Below, piece by piece: positions 30,010 to 39,751 of a stretch of DNA of 64,000 nucleotides; within the stretch, counting starts at the first letter, position 1, and each line of letters opens with the position of its first letter. The stretch spans positions 28,799-92,798 of the IMG/VR virus record IMGVR_UViG_3300025141_000047; one strand, 5' to 3'. This DNA is from a virus. The translations under genes were made by a program, and so were the position numbers. The notes under the pieces are model-generated. The model saw nothing but the letters and a program-made list of their open reading frames with translations, did no database searches and was not told the DNA's origin.

Positions 30010-31243
30010 TTATTACAGCCTCCTTAATCTCTTCAAACCCTTCAATAGAAAGATTCCATGATTTCAAAAGTCTTACTTGCTTTTGAGGTTTAGAATGTGA
30101 ATATGTGAGGCATTTTTTGGCATCCTCGTCATCCTCAAGAGCCTTTTTCAATATCATGATTTCACTTCTCTTTTGAGTCAAATGTGGCAAAGACACATCA
30201 AGTGCCTTAGCGACTGAGAACTCCCCCTCAATCACTAAACCCTTGCCTTCGGCTATAATTCCTCGCACACCGAGTTCCGTGTTAAGTGCATAGGCATATT
30301 CCTTGCATACCCTTGAATTAAAAGGAAGAATGACTCTTGGAACTCCACGTGGGCTAATTTCAATTGTGCCGCCAACTTCATAGAGATCGCCAATCAAAGC
30401 CCCTGCGTCTTTCACTATGATGTCGTTTTTCTTTAATCCATAAAATAAACCTTTATCATTGTTTTTTGAGCCTGAACCCAATGCTTCAATGTCATATAGG
30501 AATCCATGTGATTTGATGAGCATAGCAATTTTGGTGGTGCTGCCCTTTACACCATAAGATTGTAGCGATTGGGTATTCATGCTTCCATATTCGTCAAGAA
30601 CCTCATGCGCTTTCTGTAAAGAATTTCTTTCTGGTCGGCTTAAGCGTTCCTCTTTTGTAATTCGATTTGACCAACTTTCGTAAGCCGAGTCGTTTCCATC
30701 CGACCAACTCTTCACAAATCGCCTAAATGGAATCTCCAAAGAATCTGTATTCTTGTGCAACATATTCCAATCAAAGTCTGTAAAGGGGAGAGAATCAACA
30801 ATATCGGGTGATACTGAGGGGAATGATTTCAACAGCGACTTTCTTTCTTCAATAATCAAAGGCTCAATGATTTGAACCATCTCATCTCTTCCAGATTTTA
30901 TGAATAGGTCAATTATCTCCGAACCCTGCATACCGAAATTATCAACAAACCATGTTTTTGAAACTGGAACAGGCGATGTAGCGGTTTCAACTTCGGTTCC
31001 TGGTTGATTGTTGCCGCCACCCATGTTAGCAGAATCAAAACCTTCGATTGCTGCGTCTTCACGTGGACTCCCTGCTGACTCATCCTTTTGTTGAGATGCC
31101 GCTTTTTTCTTTTGGTCAAGCAACTTCTTTTCTTGGAGATTGTTCTTCAATTCCATTTCAACTAACTTAGAATCAAGAACCTTGATAATCGCATCTGTTG
31201 GCGATTGAACGTCAAAAACGCCTTCTATTCTTTTATCAAACAT
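30002..31243 (-). CDS. Protein with degenerate C-terminal LAGLIDADG-like domain
   Basis: AGALIGDLYEVGGTI...ALDVSLPHLTQKR resembles the LAGLIDADG helix and the LPYL-x-x-K end motif; acidic catalytic residue not evident. Confidence 0.5.
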   Translation of the reverse strand: MFDKRIEGVFDVQSPTDAIIKVLDSKLVEMELKNNLQEKKLLDQKKKAASQQKDESAGSPREDAAIEGFDSANMGGGNNQPGTEVETATSPVPVSKTWFVDNFGMQGSEIIDLFIKSGRDEMVQIIEPLIIEERKSLLKSFPSVSPDIVDSLPFTDFDWNMLHKNTDSLEIPFRRFVKSWSDGNDSAYESWSNRITKEERLSRPERNSLQKAHEVLDEYGSMNTQSLQSYGVKGSTTKIAMLIKSHGFLYDIEALGSGSKNNDKGLFYGLKKNDIIVKDAGALIGDLYEVGGTIEISPRGVPRVILPFNSRVCKEYAYALNTELGVRGIIAEGKGLVIEGEFSVAKALDVSLPHLTQKRSEIMILKKALEDDEDAKKCLTYSHSKPQKQVRLLKSWNLSIEGFEEIKEAVING

Positions 31244-32672
31244 TTGCCCACCCTAACCTACTTTGCCATACTTCTGCATCTAAAATCACGATGCTTTCTC
31301 GATATTCTTTTGTTGCTTGAACGCCCAATGCAAGAGCAATAACCATGTCGTCATGACCGCCCAAACTCTCCATACGCCCGTTATCCAACATGGTGAACGT
31401 GGAGAGTTCAGTCAATAAAGTGTTCATCAATCTCCGTGTCCCTCCTTCGTCTTTGTAGGGTATATTCAACTTGCCCTGTTCAAATTGCAGTTGGAGGGTA
31501 TGAATTAAAGCCTCTTTCTTCATACGGCTCATATTGAATGGTTTTATTGGGAGATCGCTTATCTCGTTTAGCACTTGATTGAATGCAATTGCGAAGTTAT
31601 TTGTTTCAAGTTCAATGATAACAGGGTTGAATCTGGCATTCAATTCTATGATTTTATCAATTTGAGATGAAAAGTCCATTCCTTTCTCATGGTGGGTGTG
31701 GATAATGTGTTTGTTTTTATTCTCATCAACTGCAATAACCATCATACAGGTATAGTCGGCTCTCCGATCTGCTGAGATTGCAGGATCCCAACCAATGTAG
31801 TAATTGTAGGCTTCACCATCATGTGGATAATAAGACAACGCCAATTCCTCGTCTTTGACCTTGTTTAGCACTTCTTCAGGGAATAGACTCGCCTCGCTCG
31901 CAATTGGTTTGCACAGGTATTCTCTTGTGAATGCAATAGAGGTCATGTCATTGCGTCTTGAATTTAGAGCATCCAAAGACCAACGCTCAGGAAACAAACA
32001 TTCTCCTGTTTGCTCATTGATAGCAGGGTATTCTCGAACAGCGTATGATTTCAACTTCTTCAATTCGGCGTAAAGATCGGTATATGAAAACGGAGTCCCA
32101 ACAATGCACAGTTGAGCCGTGTGGTGAAGAACTGGAAGCAAAGCCGTGTAAAACCATGAGGATATATGCTTGAGTTGGGTTTGTGCTTCACTTGACAAAA
32201 TATCGTCAAGCACCACGATTTGAGGGTGCGCCCCACGAACCGCTTTTCCAACAGACATAGCCGAGATAGATGATTTGTTGGTGAACTTGAACTTCTGTTT
32301 TGCCCAACCTCTCTTTGGTTTTAGGTGTTGGAGAGCAGGTATTGATTCAATCAATTCATTCATTTTTCCCATGTGTTCAATAGATTGGTGCTGGCTGTGG
32401 GAAAAGAACAATACTTCTGTGCCTGGATTGTAAGCCATTTTCCAAAGGAGATAAACTCGATAGAAAACAGACTTTCCATGATCACGGCTGGCTATAATGC
32501 AGGTTTTACTGTTGTTTTCCGACAAATCATACCATTCTTGATGGAACTTTGTTAATATCCAGGGGTTCTTTTCATCATATTTTCCACAGATTTCTTCAAA
32601 AAAATACTTGAAGTCACGGCGACCCATTTCAAAATCAACATTAGCAGTTAATTGTTTAAGACCCTCCGACAT
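31236..32672 (-). CDS. terL: Terminase large subunit
   Basis: Walker A ASRDHGKS, Walker B VVLDDIL, coupling motif GTP, nuclease IGWDPA...DYT and HDDMVIALAL. Confidence 0.95.
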   Translation of the reverse strand: MSEGLKQLTANVDFEMGRRDFKYFFEEICGKYDEKNPWILTKFHQEWYDLSENNSKTCIIASRDHGKSVFYRVYLLWKMAYNPGTEVLFFSHSQHQSIEHMGKMNELIESIPALQHLKPKRGWAKQKFKFTNKSSISAMSVGKAVRGAHPQIVVLDDILSSEAQTQLKHISSWFYTALLPVLHHTAQLCIVGTPFSYTDLYAELKKLKSYAVREYPAINEQTGECLFPERWSLDALNSRRNDMTSIAFTREYLCKPIASEASLFPEEVLNKVKDEELALSYYPHDGEAYNYYIGWDPAISADRRADYTCMMVIAVDENKNKHIIHTHHEKGMDFSSQIDKIIELNARFNPVIIELETNNFAIAFNQVLNEISDLPIKPFNMSRMKKEALIHTLQLQFEQGKLNIPYKDEGGTRRLMNTLLTELSTFTMLDNGRMESLGGHDDMVIALALGVQATKEYRESIVILDAEVWQSRLGWANV

Positions 32673-32681
32673 ATTAGATCA

Positions 32682-34937
32682 CTACTCGAATAAATCATTC
32701 ATGCTGGTCCATGAAGGTTCTTTTGTTTCACCATCTGCTGATAACTCATTAAGAATACGTGGGGCGAGGAAAGCAGAAAATCGGTTATCATAATCACCAG
32801 TATTCATGTGAGCCAAACCCCCCATGTGTAGCGGTAAATCCTCTCCACCTGCAAATGAAATCTCTTGATCGGAACTCAAACTGTTTGTTTGAAACATATT
32901 TGCCAATTGTTTTAATTTTTCATTTGAATAAGCGGAATCCCCAATGCGGCTATACCCATGACCTTCTATCGGTTTTATTCGCTGTTTGAAATCTTTTGGA
33001 GTTAGCGAAGTAATATCCCGCATCGAATTAAATAATTCCCTGTCTTCAAACGGGGGTAAGGCTTGAACTTGTGTTCCGTCAAGTGGTCGCATTGAACGTT
33101 CTCCTAACAAATAGCCAGGAAGTTCATGTGATTTTGCACCGAGATTTACACCCCTTTCAAGTGGAAAATCAAACATTCCAGTGGAAGTATTGTATCGTGG
33201 AGAAAGCATATTTGGACCTTTTATTGAAGGAGAACTTCTTCCCTTTGCATTGATTATTTTTTGTCCTTCGGGGGAAGAGGACATGATTCTTGAGCCATCC
33301 TCTCTAAACCATCCGTAGGGATTGCGTTTTGTTCCTTTTGGAAGACCTTCATGCCTCTTGGGAGTAATCATGCGAGAGCGAACCAACTGCCGATCAGAAC
33401 GCTTCAGTGGCTCAGGGCGTTCACCAATAATGCGAGGCATTGGGGGGTAAGGTGGAGATTTACTCCACCTTGTTCCTTTTCCGTTCCATTTTCCAGGAAT
33501 ATGCAAGAACCGATCCATTTCATCTATTCGGTCTTTTTTTGAACGTTTAGAGGAACCACCGCCTCCCGAAGCCATACTCATAATGCCATCCATGTCAAGA
33601 GCCAAAGCATTTGCTACTTCTGGAACCTTAAAGAAACCTCTTTCATCAAACTGTTTTTCATGACCAACGCCAAAACCTAAAATATGATCATTTGTAGTGG
33701 CTGATGCCGTATCAATATATCCTTCAGGATTTAACCAAACCGCAGGGTCGGTTTTTAATTTACCAAACATTCTCAAATCATTCATCGTGAGCCTTTTCAA
33801 AAGATCGCTTGCCGAATCAAGTTCTAAAGAATCGGCTGAACGCCGATACTCAGTTGGCGTTTTTGAATCAATTGCCGTTAAGTCTTGACGTTTTGGTTTT
33901 TCTTTAGTTTTTTTTTTAGAACCCTTTGCGGCTTTTTTTGCCCCTTCGGTGGCTTTGTCATCGGGCTTTTTGCCCTTCATACCTGCCGCTACCATATCGG
34001 CAGCACGTTGCGTTGCTGTCTTTTTTCCTTTTTCGGTTGCCGCAGGTGGTGTTTCGACCTTCTTAGCCTTCTTTGGTGTCTTTGGCTTAATTGTCTTTTT
34101 TGCTGCGTTTGAAACCGTTTTATCGGGTTTTGGAGTTTCTTTTGCTTTCGCCTTCGCTTTTCTTTTCTTTTTCCGTTCTTGGACTTTATCAAAATCAGCC
34201 ATTGCCTTTAGACCTTTTTCATCAAGTTTTGAATCATCAGTTTCATACTCAGGTTCTTCACCCAGTCTTTCCGATTTTCGATTTTGAACACGGTTAAACA
34301 ATTCTTCCGCCATTTCTTCTTTGGTCGGTGTGGCTTTTGGAATTGTCTTTGCGGCCTCAGCAACCGTTGGATCGGGTTGAGGCTCAGGCGTTGGCTTAGG
34401 TGTTGGCTCAGGTGTTGGCTCAGGCGTTGGCTGCGCTTCTGGCTGAGTCATCACGTCAAATGCAGGGTCAAAAGCGGCGGCGTGTTCAGGTGAACTTTCA
34501 AGTGGAGTTTCAAACCCCTCGTTTTCTGTTTGATATGCGGAATCATCTTGATGATCGGTGGGGTTGGTGATGTCGTTAGTGAAATCGGATTCATCAGGTG
34601 TTGGCTCAGGCGTTGGCTCAGGTGTTCGCTCTATTGATTCGGGCAACAATCGGCTTTCATCCGTAATTGGGAGAGATGATGCGACTTCGCCCCTTTGTGC
34701 TGGCAACAATCGTCTTTCATCCGTAATCACCTTATTCGCAGGGGGGGATGATACAACTTGTTCTTGAGGCATAACTTGTTCTTGAGGCATAACTTTGGTT
34801 CGTTGTGGACCCATTGTTGGGGCAAGCATTGAACGCAAACGCTCATTGCCTCTTTGTTGCCTAAAATCCCTTCTTTGTTGTCGGCCATCACGCCAACCTT
34901 TGTAAATGAAATCTAAAGCCTCTTCACGATCTTGCAT
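32682..34937 (-). CDS. Low-complexity protein (PTPE repeats, Lys-rich), putative internal head protein
   Basis: 751 aa ORF with an acidic PTPE region followed by a K-rich region. Confidence 0.65.
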   Translation of the reverse strand: MQDREEALDFIYKGWRDGRQQRRDFRQQRGNERLRSMLAPTMGPQRTKVMPQEQVMPQEQVVSSPPANKVITDERRLLPAQRGEVASSLPITDESRLLPESIERTPEPTPEPTPDESDFTNDITNPTDHQDDSAYQTENEGFETPLESSPEHAAAFDPAFDVMTQPEAQPTPEPTPEPTPKPTPEPQPDPTVAEAAKTIPKATPTKEEMAEELFNRVQNRKSERLGEEPEYETDDSKLDEKGLKAMADFDKVQERKKKRKAKAKAKETPKPDKTVSNAAKKTIKPKTPKKAKKVETPPAATEKGKKTATQRAADMVAAGMKGKKPDDKATEGAKKAAKGSKKKTKEKPKRQDLTAIDSKTPTEYRRSADSLELDSASDLLKRLTMNDLRMFGKLKTDPAVWLNPEGYIDTASATTNDHILGFGVGHEKQFDERGFFKVPEVANALALDMDGIMSMASGGGGSSKRSKKDRIDEMDRFLHIPGKWNGKGTRWSKSPPYPPMPRIIGERPEPLKRSDRQLVRSRMITPKRHEGLPKGTKRNPYGWFREDGSRIMSSSPEGQKIINAKGRSSPSIKGPNMLSPRYNTSTGMFDFPLERGVNLGAKSHELPGYLLGERSMRPLDGTQVQALPPFEDRELFNSMRDITSLTPKDFKQRIKPIEGHGYSRIGDSAYSNEKLKQLANMFQTNSLSSDQEISFAGGEDLPLHMGGLAHMNTGDYDNRFSAFLAPRILNELSADGETKEPSWTSMNDLFE
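34375..34795. repeat. Intragenic short repeats
   Basis: 12-bp PTPE units at ~34375-34435 and ~34596-34625; a near-identical 26-bp pair at 34641 and 34702; an 18-bp tandem AACTTGTTCTTGAGGCAT at 34755-34790. Confidence 0.8.
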
Positions 34938-34941
34938 GAAA

Positions 34942-35964
34942 TCACCGCCTTAGATTTGTTGTCGTGTTTCGCTCTTGAATTGATTTGCGAAGTGAAAGAA
35001 TATCGGAATAGGCCGTCAATTGAGAATCGAATGATGTGGCGATAGGCATTGGCGCACTCATGCCCATTGCCCGTTGATTCATGCGCTGATTTGCTGCTTG
35101 ATAATTTTTAGTCTGTTGTTGAGATTGCTGATTGGCCTTTCCACGTGCAGCACCGCCAGTGCTTCCGAATCGAGAAGTTGCACCAAAAGAAGCAATATCC
35201 ATCAATTTGCCCATACCTGAACGGTTCTTGAGCCATGATTGCTTATCGCCGCCTTGTCCTTGCTGAATCGTTTGCATATCCTGTGCCGATTGGAATTGTT
35301 GCGCCATATCTTGAACTTGATTGCTAACGCCACCTTGACCTTGAGCCTGTTGTTGCTGAGGTGCGGTTTGAGTTGTAGCCCCCTGTCCTGTTGCATCCTG
35401 AGAGGTTGCATCAGTAGCACCTGCGTTTGGATTGGGTGCGCCGCCTCCTGTTTCAGTATTGCCTTCGCCCGTAGTGTCGGCATTGGCATTCATCGTTTCT
35501 ATTGTTTTGGTTTCAGCAACCTCTCCATCAGCCCCCATCGTTGTTTCTGTTTTGACTTTATCTGCTTGAGCATCACTTCCAGTCACCGAATTATCAGGCG
35601 TGATTTGTGATTGCCCCAACTGAGCCAATGTTTGGTCTTGACCCTCAGCACCAGCAATTCCTGTGGGTTGATTCATTCCTGGTGTTGTTTGAGGAAGTGT
35701 TTGAATGCCCCCTTTATTTTGAATTGCGGAGTTTGTTGCATTCAAGGCTTGTTGCTGCTTACCTGTTTTCAGCGCACCCGCTTGTTGGTTATATTGATCT
35801 TTATCCATTCCTGTTCTATTGCGATGTATTGCGCCCCCAACAAACGGTAATTTGGTCATCACCCCACCACCTGGTAATTTAGATTGACCAAGAATTTTGA
35901 CAATATCCTCACTGGAATGCCCCTGTGCATCAAGTCTTGCTCTTAAAATCAAATCATCATTCAT
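34942..35964 (-). CDS. Q/G/T-rich low-complexity protein, putative internal virion protein
   Basis: 340 aa coupled ORF. Confidence 0.6.
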   Translation of the reverse strand: MNDDLILRARLDAQGHSSEDIVKILGQSKLPGGGVMTKLPFVGGAIHRNRTGMDKDQYNQQAGALKTGKQQQALNATNSAIQNKGGIQTLPQTTPGMNQPTGIAGAEGQDQTLAQLGQSQITPDNSVTGSDAQADKVKTETTMGADGEVAETKTIETMNANADTTGEGNTETGGGAPNPNAGATDATSQDATGQGATTQTAPQQQQAQGQGGVSNQVQDMAQQFQSAQDMQTIQQGQGGDKQSWLKNRSGMGKLMDIASFGATSRFGSTGGAARGKANQQSQQQTKNYQAANQRMNQRAMGMSAPMPIATSFDSQLTAYSDILSLRKSIQERNTTTNLRR

Positions 35965-37867
35965 TAAAAATCACCTTTACTGTTTGAACTTCATTATGAG
36001 TCATGCCAAATGCTTTGGCTACATTTTCCCAGTCGCCTCGACTGTGATAAATTGATACTATGTCGGAATTTGGTCTTTTCATGCTATTGCCAATTGTAGT
36101 CACATCGGATATTGAACTAATGGATCGTGGAGATTTAGTTAATGTGGTTTCCATCACTTCTTTCTTAGCGATTTCTAACTGAACATTTTCAAGCATTTCT
36201 TTCAAGACTTGCTCATCGGTCATATCATCGGATTTTCCAAATGAAGGGAATAATGTTTCATATCCATAACCGAGCCGAGTCATTAAATTATCCAAGAAAC
36301 CTTTCCCCCTTTTTTGATTCGCAACAGGCGGTGAGGGATAAGCGTTTAGGGATTGCATGGGGGGTGAAGGGGGTTTTTGTTGAGATGCCATAGGAGGGGC
36401 AGGTGCTTCTGGTCTTACAGGAGTTGGAATTGCACCGTGAATTGCCGCATTAGGTTTTGCAGGTTCAGGGTCGGGTCGAATTAGATGAGAGGGAGGTTGT
36501 TGGACCGCTTCTTGAATAGGCGTTTTAGGTGCGCCACCACCGAACTCAGTATTGAGGTCTTGCTGTGGAGGGGCGACAGTTGAAGGCATTCCTCCTTGAA
36601 CCCCCAGATTTGGAGTAAATCGAGATGCGGGTTGTTGCTCATCAACTGGCGATCCAATCGCTGCGCCTTTCGGCATAACTGCATCCCCCGCCCACTCAGG
36701 GGGTTTTCCGCCAGCCATCAATTCATCTCGCTTTGCAGCCATCAATTGTTCTGCTCGATTCATACCCATGCCGTCATATTTTCCAGAATAAGCATTTTGA
36801 TGAACTCGTTTTGATGTTTCTTCATCCCACCCGTAATGCTTTTCATACATAGAAAGCATTTTTTTGCTTGGATTTTCATTGTGATAATATGAATGCCCAG
36901 TTGTGTTGTTGATAGCATGGCCTCTCATTTCAGGGGCAATAAATTGAAGAAGGCTGTCTCTTGAATTAGCATTTGCTTCTCTATGCTCAATCATACGTTG
37001 CCCCATAGCCTCTTCCGAATGTATTCCATGATCTAAACCTCCGCTATGTGCAATGCCTCCGAACTTTTTGAACTCAGGCAACCCACGCAATGCCTGTAAA
37101 GCAGCGAACTGCAACTGTTCTGGATTGGCCGTTGGGTAAGCATCTCTAATTCCTTGAACAGTCAAACCGAACTTGGCTCTCAACTTTGGGTCTTTGAGAT
37201 AAAGCGTATCAGCGTGTAAAATGGTTGGGCTTATCTCATCACTTGCATTTGGAACTTTGAGATCGGGGTATTTTTCCTTGCGTAATGCTTGTAGCCCAAC
37301 AGAATACGGTCGAGCGTATGATTCCGCCTTCTTTGTGTTTTTACTGATATATTGAGTAATCAATGCGCCTTGAGCATTATGGCTTCCTTGACCTTTGATG
37401 CCCAAAACAGGTGTCCTCCATGCTTGAACTGCAACATAATTCCCCATGTCTTGAGTAAATGCGAGAGGGATTTCAGGAGATACAATACCATTTGCCGCCC
37501 CCTTTTGACGGTTGATTTCATTTGTCTTATTGATTGCTTCATTGATTATAGGCGCACCTGCATTTACCGCTTTTTGAAATGCTTGATGCCACGCTTGAGG
37601 GTTTGCCGCTTCACCTTGATTGATTGTGGCGACCTCTTGTGGCGTTAGCCCACCAATGCCTTGACTTATCGCCATTTTGACAGCATCGGCTTCAACACCT
37701 GCGAAGTTATCATGATTAAGATCGTGGTGTTTGTCGCTTAATGCAGCATATCCCTCATCAATGCTATTGCTTCCAAGCATAGCCTGAATGAACTCATGTA
37801 TATTGAAAACACCGTTTCCTTTGCGGATCAAGTAATCATCAAGAACTACAAGAGGCATGATAATCAC
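35957..37867 (-). CDS. Hypothetical protein with Pro-rich linker, putative internal virion protein
   Basis: 636 aa coupled ORF. Confidence 0.6.
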   Translation of the reverse strand: MIIMPLVVLDDYLIRKGNGVFNIHEFIQAMLGSNSIDEGYAALSDKHHDLNHDNFAGVEADAVKMAISQGIGGLTPQEVATINQGEAANPQAWHQAFQKAVNAGAPIINEAINKTNEINRQKGAANGIVSPEIPLAFTQDMGNYVAVQAWRTPVLGIKGQGSHNAQGALITQYISKNTKKAESYARPYSVGLQALRKEKYPDLKVPNASDEISPTILHADTLYLKDPKLRAKFGLTVQGIRDAYPTANPEQLQFAALQALRGLPEFKKFGGIAHSGGLDHGIHSEEAMGQRMIEHREANANSRDSLLQFIAPEMRGHAINNTTGHSYYHNENPSKKMLSMYEKHYGWDEETSKRVHQNAYSGKYDGMGMNRAEQLMAAKRDELMAGGKPPEWAGDAVMPKGAAIGSPVDEQQPASRFTPNLGVQGGMPSTVAPPQQDLNTEFGGGAPKTPIQEAVQQPPSHLIRPDPEPAKPNAAIHGAIPTPVRPEAPAPPMASQQKPPSPPMQSLNAYPSPPVANQKRGKGFLDNLMTRLGYGYETLFPSFGKSDDMTDEQVLKEMLENVQLEIAKKEVMETTLTKSPRSISSISDVTTIGNSMKRPNSDIVSIYHSRGDWENVAKAFGMTHNEVQTVKVIFNE

Positions 37868-39321
37868 TTTTTGCCGACAAGCCCCATCTCTTGGCCTAAA
37901 GCCATATCAACAAAAGCCCTGTAAGGTTTTTCCTCTTCATTCAATTTAGTTCCGCCAGTTGGTGCTGATGCAGTATCGCTATTTGCCTGTGCGCCAACCT
38001 TTCCTTCGTTTCCAAGTTCTGGTGTAGCCTTTGTCAATTTGTTAAGGCGTTGAAGCAACTTCTCAATTTTACGCTTCATGCTCATAATCTCGGCTCTTGT
38101 GAGGTTTGGCTTTGATTTAGCAAAGAGGGGGTCATGGGTGCTGAGAGGGTCGCCTACGGCATCCCTTGAAAATCGCTTTGTTGATGTTCCCATTCGAGAT
38201 ATAGACGGGGTTTTTGTCCCAGAACCGATAGTCCCTCCTTGAACTGCGCCTCGCTTTGTTCCAACACCTCTCGTATCAGCGTGATGCGTTAATCCTCTTG
38301 GCAATGAACCCATTTGTCGCCGCATACGCTCATTTGCCTTCTTTCTTTCCCATGCGATAGGGTCACGCAATCGAAGAGGGATTCTGTCGGTTCTTGAACG
38401 GCCTACACCTCTAATTGCTTCACTGTGTTTGTTTGGATGGAATGCTTGACGCTTTGAGCCACGATCAATGTCTTGCTCAAGGTTTCCAGCCCGCCGCTTT
38501 GTCATGGATTTAATTTGTCGGCCTCCACGTGCTGCCTTCTTTTTCTTTGCTTGACGCTTCTTTTTTCGCTTTCGCTTTGCTTTTGATTTGCGTTCATCTT
38601 CATCGGATTCTTCATCATCATACATTCTTCGGCCTTTGTATTTTCTTTTGCCTTTGATAACGCTATCCCATGTATGGGTGAATATATCTTCACTTGTTGT
38701 AAAATCATCGGAATTAGAAGTGTTTCCAAAATCGGGATTATGAACCTTTTTGGGCGGACCACTATCAATGTCTTTACCGCTACCGTCAGTTGCCTCACAC
38801 AACATACATGACTTTTTGGAATTATCCTCCATCCAAACTTGACGGCCACAATGACATTTACCATCCTTAATTGCTTTTCCAAGCATACCTGGAACCAAAG
38901 TGTTGCTTTGGCCGTATTTGAGATTTGGACCTTCTGATCTAACGGAACCTGCATTGAATCCATTTGACAAACCAATGCCGTTTCTATTCAAATCCATTCC
39001 AACCCCTGCTTCAAGCATGGTTTGTTCCTGTTCAAATTGGGGCGATCTCCCTAAAGTATCGTCAATTTTCTCAGGTTTGATGCTTACATGGGGGATTTTT
39101 GCCGCCAATTCACGCATTGCACGTTCTTTTCTCTTTTGGGGGTCACGCTGATCACGGCTATTGCCGTCTTCTGGTGTTTCACGGCCATGATGGGATAAAC
39201 CGTCGCTATCCTCATTTGGGTTAATATCATGGTCAAGAATTTCACGTGGGTTGAATCCACCCATCATCTCTTGAGTTCTCGGAGTCCAAAGAACGGGTTC
39301 TCTTGGATTACTACTGACCAT
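37864..39321 (-). CDS. Protein with internal leader-like motif (IFTHTWDSVIK) preceding a highly basic K/R region
   Basis: Motif at ~38653-38685 followed by GKRKYKG...KAKRKRKKKRQAKKKK. Confidence 0.65.
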   Translation of the reverse strand: MVSSNPREPVLWTPRTQEMMGGFNPREILDHDINPNEDSDGLSHHGRETPEDGNSRDQRDPQKRKERAMRELAAKIPHVSIKPEKIDDTLGRSPQFEQEQTMLEAGVGMDLNRNGIGLSNGFNAGSVRSEGPNLKYGQSNTLVPGMLGKAIKDGKCHCGRQVWMEDNSKKSCMLCEATDGSGKDIDSGPPKKVHNPDFGNTSNSDDFTTSEDIFTHTWDSVIKGKRKYKGRRMYDDEESDEDERKSKAKRKRKKKRQAKKKKAARGGRQIKSMTKRRAGNLEQDIDRGSKRQAFHPNKHSEAIRGVGRSRTDRIPLRLRDPIAWERKKANERMRRQMGSLPRGLTHHADTRGVGTKRGAVQGGTIGSGTKTPSISRMGTSTKRFSRDAVGDPLSTHDPLFAKSKPNLTRAEIMSMKRKIEKLLQRLNKLTKATPELGNEGKVGAQANSDTASAPTGGTKLNEEEKPYRAFVDMALGQEMGLVGKK

Positions 39322-39751
39322 CCTTCAACCTCCTTCGGATAGAACGATAAACAACATCAATTTCATTTGGTAATGACATATACCATTGAGCCAAAGAAGG
39401 AACACGTGCGTATGACTTTGACATTGGAAGCATTTTCTGTTTGAGATCGGTGATAATCTGTGTTCCATCTAAAAGTGAAATACAATCGGCTAAGGAATTT
39501 TCTTTCAACACTTTCAAATCGTCAATCAATAATCGTGTGACTACCAAAGAGCCGAGTATTTCTGCAACGATGTTCTCAGGGAACTCCAAATGTTCGGCAA
39601 CGGCTTCCGACCAACGTTTGACGACCATATCAACAGAATTGGTGTAAGCCATTAAATCTCCGATAGTCCATTCATCCTTTGGTTTCTTACTGTTAAGCCG
39701 AATATAATGTTCGGGTATATCCTTGAGCATCAATTGACGAATTGTTTTCAT
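39311..39751 (-). CDS. Hypothetical protein
   Basis: Start MKTIRQ overlaps the upstream stop (TAATG). Confidence 0.6.
   Translation of the reverse strand: MKTIRQLMLKDIPEHYIRLNSKKPKDEWTIGDLMAYTNSVDMVVKRWSEAVAEHLEFPENIVAEILGSLVVTRLLIDDLKVLKENSLADCISLLDGTQIITDLKQKMLPMSKSYARVPSLAQWYMSLPNEIDVVYRSIRRRLKDGQ

Noticed and set aside
31236-32672. Intein or intron in terminase
   Set aside because: Normal length, contiguous motifs and no splice-junction signatures.
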